DNA of 64,000 nucleotides from Octopus vulgaris (taxonomy: Eukaryota), in NCBI GenBank assembly GCA_951406725.2, contig OX597826.1, forward strand, positions 31,930,001 to 31,994,000, written 5' to 3'. The notes below the pieces were generated by a model. That model saw nothing but the letters and a program-made list of their open reading frames with translations. It did not search any database and was not told the origin of the DNA. Shown piece after piece: positions 24,422-38,104 of this stretch (positions are counted from its first letter, which is position 1; each line of letters begins with the position of its first letter). The position numbers and the translations under genes are program-made.

Positions 24422-26395
24422 TACATACATACATACATACATACATACATACATAGAGATATTTATATATATATCTTGAGAAATAAGATTTTATATGGAG
24501 TATAAAAGACACAGAAGACTATGAGGGGAATCCATGCTTTTTTTAAACTCGGCATCTGTTTCTGGGAGCTCGAGATTACGTAATGGATGTAATATTCGTA
24601 GCTGGCAGATGAAATCCGCAAAAAGTCTTGGATATGTAACCAGTAGATTGATGTATTAAGAAGCAGGAGCAGCCGAGGGCGAAGAAGAAGGAGGAGGAGG
24701 AGGAGTTGAAAGAGAAGATGAAGGAGGAAGAAATTTAAGAGGTGGAGGTGGAGGAGGAGGGGCTGAAGGAGAAGATGAAGGAGGAAGAGTAGGGAAAGAG
24801 GGGGAGAAGGAGAAAGAAAAGAAAAGAAAAATACAGGAGTGCTGTGCCACTGTAAATTGTTCGAGGAATTTTCTTTAATGATCAAATGACCTAACAGGGA
24901 ACTGTTGTGGTCGTAGCACATGGGAATGTTCTAAATTCTTGTTGTAGTTCCATCTGTGGTGGCGAAATTCAAAAGTGGCTTATATTTTGTGAGAAAGTAC
25001 GCTTGTTTGCTGATGCGCTGACCATAAGTTGCATTGTCCCTGAATTTATAGAGGGGAAAATTCTGAAGTTGGGTTGTTCGTTAGTGGCGCAAATATCGAT
25101 GTGCTCGCTTAATCCTATTTCTCTGTATTCTCATATTTTAATCTGGGATCTATGTACCGTCATCATTTAACGTAAATTGCTTTTAGTTTGACCAATATAT
25201 TGTTCTTGACACCCTGAGCATGTTAATACGTATACTAAGTTTTCCGAAGCATATGTGAAGTTGTTTTTCACTGCGAAATGTTGGCCCTGCTTGAAAGAGA
25301 ATTCCGAACCCTCAAATAGATTGACGCATATACCACAGATAAGTCTTCTGCATTTTTTTACTGTCGGTTTCAATGTTGTTATGAGCGTGCTTGGGCCTGT
25401 GTTAGAAGACTTTTCTTTGACTTAGGTTTCTTTTGCTCTTTATGATGGTGTGTGTTTGGAGAATTTGATCCATTCTATTGCCCCGTTTTAGTAAAGGGAT
25501 GTTTTGGAGGATGGTGTCGAAGGCCTCATTGTTTAGGAGGTTATGTATGCGAGGATATGTATGGTAGGGATTTTGGTTGTCAATCAGTCTTTAGTTTGGA
25601 GTTTCGAGTTCGTGGATGTTGAGTTGTAGGGCATGTTAAAAGCTTATATCAATTAGTGATGGTGGATAGTTCCTGTTGATAAGTGTATCCTTTAGTTCGT
25701 GTAGTCGTGTGTCTCTGGTGCTTCTATCAGATACAACGGTACAAATCCTTTTGGCCAGGTTGTAAGGGATATTCATTCTAGTGCGTCTTGGGTGGCAAGA
25801 GTTAAATGGCGGATATTGCTTGGAGTCCGTGGGCTTATAGTAGATGTCTTTTTCTATTTTGTTGTTAGATTTCTTATTGAGGATATCAAGGAATGGAAGT
25901 TGTTGGTGGCTATTTTTCATCGTAAATTGAATGTTTATGTCAAGTCCAATCAGAAGTGTTTGAAATTCTTTAAGTCTCTCTATACTTTCGTGGAAAAGAA
26001 TGAAAAAGTCATCTAGATATCTTTTCCAGTTATTTTCTATTTACAGCGAGAGCGGGTTTCGGTATTCTTCTAGTACCATACGATAAAGATTGATTTCTAG
26101 GTACTCCATGACTAGGTTAGCAAAGGAGGGGGTGGCCTTCGCGTGCCCATCGCAGTCCCCGATTTTCTGTCGACAGAAGTTGTCATTAAATACGAAGAAG
26201 ATGAATTTTAGTCCTTCTTTTACGAATTCTTTTCTGACGCTGTGTGGGAGTTCATTGGAGCAATTATCTAGCTAGAATTGGATCGCCTCCTAGGCTGTGA
26301 GGGATATTGAATGGAAGAGAGGTTGACTACATCAAAGGATACTAGTAGGGTGTTTCTATTTATTGTTTCAGGGAGGTGATACAAGTCAAGACATG

Positions 26396-26488
<93 letters not shown>

Positions 26489-26539
26489 ATATGTGTATAT
26501 GCTTATATGTAGGTATGTATATCTATGTGTATTTTTGGT

Positions 26540-26577
<38 letters not shown>

Positions 26578-27667
26578 TACTATATATATATTAATATGTG
26601 AATATATGTGTGTGTACGTGTGTGTATGCGTGTATGTATATGTATCTATGTGTATGTATGTGTGTATATATATGTATGTGTGTATCTTTAAGTTTGATCG
26701 TCTTAATCTATACAACAATGCTGAATTTTGAAAATTAATTTTTTAGTGGATAAAAACAGAATCCTTGTAGTGCATATTCTTGTCGTTACTGTAAAATATA
26801 TCATTATATTAGTAATTTGATATTAATTACATATTACAAATAAGATGTATTCATTATACTAAATAATTATATGTATAAATGCATTCATTTAATTTATTAA
26901 TTAATTGATGATAATTCTTATAATAATAATGATGATCATAAATAGTTTTAATTTGACAATAACCACAATAATACTTATTATAATATTGTATAGTTTATAA
27001 ATGGTATTCATATTACAACAATATTTTGTTACTTATGAAAGAATTAATGAAATTTGGATATATACAATATATTGTCCTTTAATTAAATAATAACATTAAT
27101 TATATTTATTGAGGATCAATACTAAGTCCTTGTTTTTGTTTATAATACTTAATTTTTATTCATTGAGTTCTAGAAAACTAGTAATATTTTGATATCCATA
27201 TTATAGCCTAAGCATATATCAATGGGGTATTTTTGTGATAGTGCTTGCAGCTCTAAAGTTATCTTCAGCTGCTTTACGTCTTTTTTTGAAATTGAATAAC
27301 AAAATTTCTCGAATATTGCGCTTTGACAGTTCTATTTCAGATGATTGTAATAACGGTGAAAAAAATATCAATGTTAATTTATTGATGCATTTGGGCAAGT
27401 CTATGTCTGTATTATCAGACAATTTTTAAAAAAAAGTTTTTAAAAACAATTCACAACTCTGCAAAAATCCAGTACAAATTTATCATGGTTCAAAACGTTG
27501 CTTACCTTTTACTCAACCTGATACAATGGCAGGTGACACCCTCAAATATTCAAACTCCAGTTGTATAACTGAGAAAATATTCACGCGAAACCGATGGTAT
27601 CGGATTAATCATTTCAATGAATATACATACATACATACATACATACATACATACATACATACATACA

Positions 27668-27699
<32 letters not shown>

Positions 27700-29304
27700 C
27701 ACATACATACACGTTTGCATGCATATTTAAAACTTTCTACATTGGTTTAATTTATTTGTAATTTGCATGAAATCTGTCAAGTGATACATGTTCTTGTCCC
27801 AAGATAAACTCTCTGTTGTGTTTACGTTAACAGAGTCAAATCTTAAATGCTTCAGATGTCTTCAGATGTATTAGTTATAAATCAGTAAGGTGGGTTGTAC
27901 GGTTCATTCATGTCTGTTGTCAGTCATAACATAATCAACATATACTTGCTGGTTTCATGAAATGATATTAAAGGTGAGTTATTTTTCGTCAATAATTGTA
28001 ACAAATGATTCAATAATATAATTCTACTTCATGTTCATAAGCTTGCGACTGGCTTGATGGTGGAATTTAACGGCTCTTGACTTGAAGAATTCATTGATCC
28101 AAGCTTTCAGCTCATGTCGTTGTTGAACAAAACGCTTTGCAAACTCTGAAAGCGACCAAAAGAGGTGGTAATCTGAAGGCGTTATACCAGAATACTGTAG
28201 CTACAGCAGAATCTTCCAACCGACCTTTCGAATAGTGTTTTTAGTCAAATGTAGGAAGCAAGCGTTGTCATGTTGAAAAGATCGTACATCTAAAAAGATG
28301 TAAAATTTATTCAAATTTCAAAAACGATGAACGAAAGTTGTAGAGAAAGATAGCTACAAAAAAAGGTAAAGCACTGCGATTAGAATAATTTTCCAGTTAA
28401 TTCAAATAACATTGCCAAGAAACAAATGAATTAATCTGACGACTCAAAATTTTTGCATGTGTGACTCGTAGAAAACTACAGGCTTCACTAGACAGACACA
28501 TTCCGTGTAAACTTCGTTATGTTGGTGTCCTTGAATGTTGTCAATAAAACTGAATGCTTTAATTACCCGTTCCCATAACCCTTCATTCCATAACAATTTA
28601 ATTTCACCATTTTGCAATTATTCAAAAACTGCTAATTATATTTATATTTTGTTTAATTTTTTTTTTTTGAAATTTCAGTGTTAGAATTTGCGACTACAAA
28701 TTCACGTACAGCTGTAAATTTTGGTTATATGTGCATTTTTGCATTAATTTCCATGATTTTACCAGGGTTAGCCTATGCAATCCCTGATTGGCATTATTTC
28801 GAATTGACTGTGTGTCTGCAACCAATAATTAGTATTTTCGCTTGCAGGTGAGTCGAGTATATTTTTGCGTGGTTCTTTTAGTTCACATTTTTCTAACCCT
28901 TAAGATAAATCCCTCAAATTGCCAGCAACTTACTTTAAGAATCGAACTCTTCAAAGAAAACTAAAACGTATATTTGTACCACTATCACCACGACCCCCCC
29001 TCAAAAAAACAACAACAATAACAAGTGCCACAGCAGCTGCAGCAGCAGCGGCAACAAGAAATACTTTCGCTGTCGTATATCTTTTACTTGTTTCAGTCAT
29101 TGGACTGCGGCCATGCTGAGGCAACGCGTTGAAGAGTTTAATCGAACGAAAGTGTAGTATTTATTCTATCGGTGTCTTTTGCTGAACAAATCAACTCCAG
29201 CACTCAAGCGATGGTGGGTGACAAGCGCTGACACAAACACACAAAGACACACACAAATGCACGCACCCACACACATAGATATCCACCTTTCCCTCCTCTC
29301 TCAC

Positions 29305-29364
<60 letters not shown>

Positions 29365-32300
29365 AGTCCAAACAAGAACAAGCAAGAAAAAACAACAACG
29401 CGAGAACGTGGTACAAGTACTATGTATTATTGAACGCTCAGGCAAGGAAAGAAAAGAAAGAGGATTTCACGTTTCGAGCGGAGCTCTTTATTAGAAATAT
29501 AGAAAAAATCTAGAGATGGGAAGACGGAGAAAAAAAATCGCCAACGATACACACGCGGTCACGTAAAATTACAATAACGTGAGGACGTGGTGCATGTAGA
29601 GTATTAGCAGACGCTCAGGGAAGGAAAGAAAAGTGGTTTTATATTTCGAGCAACTCTCTTCTTCAGAAACAGAGGAAAGTCCAATAGAAAAGGAAGACGT
29701 AGGAAGAAAGTCGCAAACGATTCACATGTAGTTACATTTTGATAAATACACACGGGTTTCTTTCGGTTTCCATCTACCAAATCCACTCACAAAGCTTCGA
29801 TCGATCCGGTGTTGTTGTACAAGATACTTGCCCAAGATGCCGCACGACTCCATGGTTGGGAAGCAAGGTCCTTACCACACAGCCATGTCTGCTTGTAATT
29901 GATAAACAATTTCGATATTTTACTTCTGGTTCTGCTGTGGTCGACTTAGTCTTTCATCCTTTCGGGGTCGAAGAAGTAAGTATCAATCAAACACTGGGGT
30001 CGATGTAATCGACTTACCCATCCCCCAAAACCTCAGGCCTTGTGACTTTAGTAGAAAGGATTAAAGGGCGGCAATCTGGCTGAATCGTTAGCACGCCGGG
30101 CGTTTCGTCCGTCTTTACGTTCTGAGTTCAAATTCCGCCGAAATCGACTTGCCTTTCATCATTTCGGATTCAATATAATTAGTTAGCAGTCGTCTTACTC
30201 CTCTCCCAAAGCGCTGCTCTTACTCCAAAATGGTCAATCTTTCGTCCCTGTTACATCTTGAAAGAAACAGTTCTGTCTCTTTTGTGCTTTTCGATAGGCT
30301 GAAACCTGAAAAGAGACATCTTTACACAAGTTTTTATGTCTTCTAGCTGTTTGCATATCATCATACGTAGTCACTATGATTTTAATAATTCATGCTTTTA
30401 AAACATTTTTCTTGTTTGAGAAGATACTTTCAAAATAATCTCAAATTTAAGTTTGAATTTAGGCGTAAATGTATTTGTGTCTTGTGATTGTCAGTGATTG
30501 TTCCAACGTCTATAAGTTTGATGTATATTAAGTTACTATTTGCATTTAATCATTTTTCTTTATATTCGAACTTCTATCTTTTATTTTGAATATTCCAGAT
30601 TCATTTCTGAATCTCCGAGATGGCTTATAGGAAGAAAACAGTTTGCAGAAGCAAAAACAATTCTTCGAAAAATGATGAAGCAAAATAAAATTCATCCTGA
30701 AGAGTGGATTGTTTTTTTCACAAATGATGTAAAATCCTTAGAGCAAATTGATTTTCAAGATAATTTGGACGACAAAAGAATATCACCCAGAGAGAAAAAT
30801 TATACTTTCATTGATTTGTTTAAAACATTCTATCTGGCATCGATCACACTTAATATATGCTTTTCTTGGTGATTATTTATTTACTATTTTCTTTGATGTG
30901 TGAGGTAGCAAGCTGGCAGAGTCGTTAGCACACAACAAAACGCTTAGCAGTATTTCGTCCGTCTGTATGCTCTGGGCTCAAATTCCACCGAGCTAGATTT
31001 CACCTTTCATCCTATCAGAGTCGATAAAATACGTGCCAGTTAAACACTGAGGTCGATGTAGTCGACTTAAACCCCTTCCCTGAAACTGTTAGCCTAGTGC
31101 TTATATTTGAAACCAATATTTGCTTCGCTTGATTTATTACCTGCTTAGTATTTTCTTGGTTGTTTTAGGAGGCGAGTGGACAAAATCGTTAACGTGCCGG
31201 ACAAAAATGCATAGCATTTCGTCCATCTTTATGTTCTGAGCTCAAATTTCGCCGAAGTTAACTTTACCGTTCATCCTTTCGGGATCGATAAATCAAGTAC
31301 CAGCTGAGAGTTGGGATCGCTCTAATCAGCTGGCCCCTTTCCCCAAAATTACAGGTCTTTTTCCTATAGTAGAAAGGATTGCCTTAGATGTCTGATTGCA
31401 AGAAATCCGTCTTGCGGTTGAGGGGAAACCCATTAACTGAGTAGCATTTCTTAATACCAAAGTTTATGGCTAAGACACATTCTATAATCACTTCTTCAGT
31501 CTGTGTAAACAATCCCCTCATACATACATACATACATACATACATACATACATACATACATACATACATACATACATACATACACACATACATGCAAGTA
31601 ATAATTCTAAGCTTAGATATACACCATGTAATATGCCGTTTCAAGCTCGTCCGCTGTATTCGGCTATCTGATGTCGTCAACAGTAGGACTTTAGCTGCCA
31701 CCGGATTTACTTCAGGAATTCCTTCGTGCCTTTAGAGTTTTTAACATGAGAGAAAGAGAAAGAAAATGGAATTCACCCATGAGTCACCAATGCACAATGA
31801 GTCGAAACGATCGTAGTTAATAATAAAATCTCATAAATTCCATTTTCTTTCTCATTCTCTCATATTCTCTTCCTTGGAATTATGGATTTGTAAGCAAATA
31901 AAGCTATAAATAAGCGTGTGGATATTGGGTTAAAAAACACCTATGTGTCACATGAAAACCATACTTACAGGAGATACTGAAAAAGTGGTATCCGGACAAC
32001 TGCCCGACGGACAAGAGCCCGACAGACAATTGCCCAACGGACTATTGTAATTTTTTTTGTTAAATCTTGTTAATTTTTTTCTTTTTGGGTGAAGGCTGAT
32101 GTCCTGCCAGCATTTGGTTGACGATCGTGTCGTTCAGTGCTTGATCCGTCTTCAATAGGTGAAGAAAACGTCAAGATATTTGGATGACTCGAGGTTATAT
32201 TCACCTGTAAATGGTTATGCCATCCATCCAAGGAATTAATTATTCTTGGTTAATCATTGCATCCGTGGTCATACATGTTCCACATACAAATAGGAGTGGG

Positions 32301-33910
32301 TTGCTTCTGTTACGCCATCGTATTCTACCGATATCAACATCTTCAAAGTAATCAATGATTGGATCTGCGCATGGCACAAATTTTCTTGTAATTGCTTAAA
32401 TGCTGTTACAACATTGTTTGCTGGTAAAAAAAAAAAAACCAAGGCTTTTCGACACCTGGTGGTTCTTTACTTAGGCAAACTGAGGAAAAATACAATTTTT
32501 GAGTACAGGAAGGTTCGCTCAAATGACAGATAAAGATAAAGTGAAAGTGTCTGTCGGGCAAGATATTTATCAGGCAGTTGTCCCTATCGGGCAATTATCC
32601 GCCGGGAAGTTATCCGTCGGGCAATTGCTCGTCGGGTTGTTGAGCCAGAACCTGAAAAAGTATAGCAAAAGCAGAAAATATCATTTCGGTTTTTGATGGA
32701 TAATTAACATCACATCGAGAATTATCGTAAAATTTAATTACGCAGTCAGAGAGTTTACCGGAACGTAAACAAACCAACACTGGTTGCCAAGTGGTGATGA
32801 GGGTTAAACACAAAGATACATACAAGCACATGCCCATGCACTCACACATTCGCACGTCTACCAAATTCATTTACAAGGCATTGGTCGGCCCAGAGCTATT
32901 GCAGAAGATACTTGGCCAAGGTGCTGCGTAGCAGAACTGAGCCCCAAACCAGGAGATCGCAAAGCAAGCTGTTTAACCACACAGACATAACTGTGCCTGT
33001 ACCATGTCTGTGCCTATTTATGTACGTATGCATACATGTACATAGGTGTATATACACATATATGCTCACACACACACACACACAGACACACACACACACA
33101 TGTAACGCAAATAGCTCTAATACGGAATATAAATTGGTGTTTAGTAGAAAAATCCATCCGAAATGTTTTCTAATCTCAAAAGACAAACTCAACAAAAGGC
33201 AATAGTTATGTAAAGAACGCATCTTTTGTTGTGTCTAGGGCGAGTCATTCTCTTTTCGTGCTTTATCATTTAACACACTCACCGGTAAAATTTCCACTTA
33301 TTTCATATTTTTATTTTCCGAAAATTTTAAGAAAATAAAAATATGAAATAAGTGGAAATTTTACCGGTGAGTGTGTTAAATTATAAGGCACAAAAAGAGA
33401 ATGACTCTCCCCAGACACAACAGAATATGCTTCAATACACGAACTCATATAAAGAATCTTGCAAACCAAATCCAAGAACGCATCTTCGCAGATATTTGTT
33501 TTCTGTAATGTATTGCTTTTATTTTCCAGGTTTGTGATGGGTATGCTCTACTATGGAATAATCCTTAATTCCGTTGATATGGCTGGAAACCGCTACATAA
33601 ATTTTCTTGTAATGCTAGTCATCGAGTTACCCGCCTCTCTCTGCTGTTACTTTTTATTTCTACGTTTTGGTCACCGGAAGCCTATTAGTTTCTTCATGAT
33701 GTCAAGTGGACTATGTTGCATCGTCTCAAATTTTACAACCGAAGGTATCTATCCATCAATCAGTCTATCAATCAATCAATCTAGCAATTAAAATCAATCT
33801 ATCAATCAACCTGACTATCCACCTACCTACCTACCTATATACCCACCTACATACCTACCTACCTACCTATCTGTGTAGCTGTCTCTCTCTCTATATATAT
33901 ATCTATCTAC

Positions 33911-33968
<58 letters not shown>

Positions 33969-34026
33969 GCCTGTCTGCCTGCATGTCAGTTTGTCTGTCT
34001 GCCTATCTATCTACCTATTTATCTAC

Positions 34027-34076
<50 letters not shown>

Positions 34077-34149
34077 CTCTATCTATCTATCTATCAACCT
34101 ATCTACCTACCTACCTATCTATCTATCTATCTACCTACCTATCTATCTA

Positions 34150-34210
<61 letters not shown>

Positions 34211-36698
34211 GTCTGTCTATGTATGTATGTATATATCTATCCATCTATCTATCTAAGTTATTTGTCTTTCAGTCTATATGTTTATTTATAATGCAGGCAT
34301 GCTTGTATGGTTAAGAAGTTTGCTTCTCAATCATACGGCTTCAAGTTCAATCACACGATCTTGTGAGTAGATTTGGGAGAAATTTTCAAAAAGCCTGTCG
34401 TATAAATGTATGTATGAGAGTGTGTGTATGTGTGTGTGCATGTGTGTGTGTATTTTTCTGTCTTTGTCATGGAATCACGTGATTGTTGTAAAAGAATGTC
34501 ACTGTCATAGAAGCCATGTCGTTCGGTTCGTATATTCAGTGAAAATACGTCCGGCCATGAGGGTATATTACATCGATGGGAAACGGATGGCGACAACAAA
34601 TCGCGTCTAACCTATGCAAGCAGGGAAACGTAGATGTTAAAACGACAACGATGGTATTTTATTACTTAAAAACGTTTGAAATTAATTACGTTTTACGAAT
34701 CAATTATCTAAATCAATCAGTATCAAGCTTTTGTTTTATTTCCTATAAAAAACATTTTTTGTATCACAACCCTTCCTTACTAACACTGGGTTTGTAAACA
34801 AGATTTTAGATGCAAATTGCTAAATCATGAAGAACATCGGAGAGAAAGCTTTGCCAAAGGGTAATAACTTTTTCTAATATTGACACACGTTTCTAGTATA
34901 CAATGAAATTATATACACTCGTATAATTAATGCGGAAGTAATTGATATAACATCTGTTATATTATAGTAATTGGAGGGTGTGCACAACCATCTCATTGAT
35001 AACATTGAAAACTAAAAATGAACTGTACCACTTGAAATGCATGGAAGTGTAGAGTCTCCATCGCAACTTTGTGAGGGAAACGTCCTGCAGTGTAGGTGAA
35101 AGCATCGTCGAATACTGGCGTGAAATGTCAATATTTTATTAATTCAAATTCAAAGGGAAATTTTCTTTTTCTACATTAGCTGTCCTTATTTCTTTAATTA
35201 GGCACAAGGCCTTAGTAGAGAAGGGACAACACAAAAACAGACAAAACAATACACTGAGGTACATAGAAACACATATCGAATGAATTACGGATATAATGAA
35301 AATGAGAATGAAATGGCTTACCTTAAGCAGATAGTTCCATTTTACTGCTTTTAAATGAACGGTCTTGTATCTGTTGGTTTATAATATATGCTCTATCAAC
35401 TCTTCGAAGGCCACCACCGGTAGCAATTCGTCGTAACCAATTTGTATTCCTGTCATCCCTACTCCTTTAATTTCTCTCCTCTTTCCTTCTCCAACAAAAC
35501 ATCTTTAAAACCTTCGTTACACTCTTTGGCCGCCAATTTATATTCATTTGGTTCAGTTATCTTATCAAGAGACGTTACGTCATATTTCTCTTAATGAGGT
35601 GGGGTGGGGATTCCTTTTATCACTACACTCACTCATGAAAAAAAAACTCTTTCTCAATTTTGGACACCAATGATTCAACACGTGTTTTATTCTCAGAAAT
35701 TCATGAAAATGAGGAAATGTAGTGTGTATGTAATGCACTTTCTTTTGCAAATGAAGTGTTCAAGCTTTGATTACTTCAAACCTCAGCTGTTTACAACCAA
35801 ATATATATTTGAATTAACACTGTTGGTAATTACAATGCATAATCTGTTTTTAATTTGGAACTAAAGCTTCCGAAGAAACAATAGTAGACTTTGAATAAAG
35901 CATCTAGCAATTATAGACTCTTTGATAGAGTTATGTTATACTAACAAAACTAATTTTATTTAAGGTTCATACTGGTTTTCTTTGATCCTGGTTGTTCTGG
36001 GAAAGTTTGGAATCAGTGCAGCATTTAATTCAGTTTATCTCTTAACAGCTGAAATTTTCCCAACCGTTGTCAGGTAAGTGTTGTTCAGACTTTAAAAAAA
36101 AAAAACTTTTCTGTCTTTTGTGGAGTGGGTAGGAATATGTGAAAGATATGAAAGCAGTTTGTCTGTCGTGTGCAACTTACCGTTGCTGCAACACTGTCTC
36201 TATCAAACATATATTTTTCCAACCCCATTCCATTTCATCGAATTGATTCTTTACGGTTTTCTCGTCAATTCACAGGGTCGATGGTCACCCGATTTATAAT
36301 ATGTTGATATCCTCTAAATAAAAGATAACGTTTATTTCTTTTGCCGGGAAATCAACAGAATTTGTGACTTAACGTAAGAAAATTGTTACGACAAATGCCA
36401 CACGAAATTTCTTTCCGAATTATGTCAGTCTGGAAACCTATCAACAAAACTTAAAACTAACTGAAACAATTATTTGTTGGTGGGGACACCATATTTTGTT
36501 CCGCAACCATACTCTACCTCCAAGTACAATTCTATATTTAAGAGATGAGGAATTATGTACATTATTTACATTTGACAGATATTTGTCTTCATCTTGTTTG
36601 TTGTTAACAAAACGTCTCGGCTGATATACCCTCCAGCCTTCATCGGGTGTCTTGGGGAAATTTCGAGCCTGGGTTTTCATTCCTAAGGTATTTTTCGA

Positions 36699-36756
<58 letters not shown>

Positions 36757-36762
36757 GTTGTT

Positions 36763-36858
<96 letters not shown>

Positions 36859-38072
36859 TTCAGGTCACTGGCATATAGCGTAGTGGTTAAGAGCGCGGGT
36901 TACAGACCCCAAGATTCCGAGTTCGATTCCAAGCAGTGATGTGATAGTTTCTTCGTGTTGGGTTAGCGATGGAAGAATAATCAATTAAGAAGAAGAGCAT
37001 TGCGGCACGATGTCCGCATTATTAATTAGGGAGATTAAATCGGCGAGCTGGCAGAAACGTTAGCACGTCGGGCGAAATGCTTAGCCGTATTTCGTCTGCC
37101 GTTAAGTTACGTTTGCCTTTCATCCTTTCGGGGTCGATAAATTAAGTACCAGTTACGCACTGGGGTCGATATAATCGACTTAATCCGTTTGTCTGTCTTT
37201 GTTTGTCCTCTCTGTGTTTAGCCCCTTGTGGGTAATAAAGAAATAGATATTTTCGTTTGCCGCTACGTTCTGAGTTCAAATTCCGCCGAAGTCGACTTAG
37301 CTTTTCATCCTTTCTGAGTCGATTAAATAAGTACCAGTTACGCACTGGGGTCGATATAATCGACTTAATCCGTTTGTCTGTCCTTGTTTGTCCTCTCTGT
37401 GTTTAGCCCCTTGTGGGTAGTAAAGAAATAGGTATTTTCATCTGCCGCTACGTTCTGAGTTCAAATTCCGCCGAGGTCGACTTTGCCTTTCATTCTTTCG
37501 GGGTCGATAAATTAAGTACCAGTTACGCACTGGGGTCGACCTAGTCGACTTAATCCATTTGTCTGTCCTTGTTTGTCCTCTCTGTGCTTAGCCCCTTGTG
37601 GGCAATAAAGAAATAGGTATTTTCGTCTGTCTTTACATTCTGAGTTCAAATTCCTCCGAGGTCGACTTTGCCTTTCATCCTTTCGGGGTCAATAAATGAA
37701 GTACCAGTTGCGTACTGGGGTCGATCTAATCGACTGGCCCCTTCCCCCCAAATTTCAGGCCTTGTGCCTAGAGTAGAAATGATTATAAATTAGTTTATTA
37801 TTTTATTTAAAAAGGGGATATTTCTTTGAGGTGAAGGTATTTCTATTCAATACTCTCACGGTAATACATACTAAGAAAACATCATTGGCTAAGATAGGTG
37901 CTTCCCAACCTTATGGTTCCAGGTTCGATCCCATTGCGTGGCAGCTTGGACAAGTGTCTTCTACGATAGCCCCGGGCCGACCAAAACCTTCTGAGTGGAT
38001 TGGATAGACAGAAACTGAAAGAAGCCCGTTCTGTACATACACACACACACACACACACACATATATTTATGT

Positions 38073-38104
<32 letters not shown>

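Noticed and set aside
24656-24850. Pro/Ser- or Glu-rich ORF
   Set aside because: (GGA/GAA)n low-complexity tract
36870-36940. tRNA-like sequence with A and B boxes
   Set aside because: The acceptor stem does not pair; better explained as a truncated SINE head
37040-37785. Regularly spaced repeats resembling a CRISPR array
   Set aside because: Whole 185-bp SINE units repeat with no unique spacers, and the context is eukaryotic
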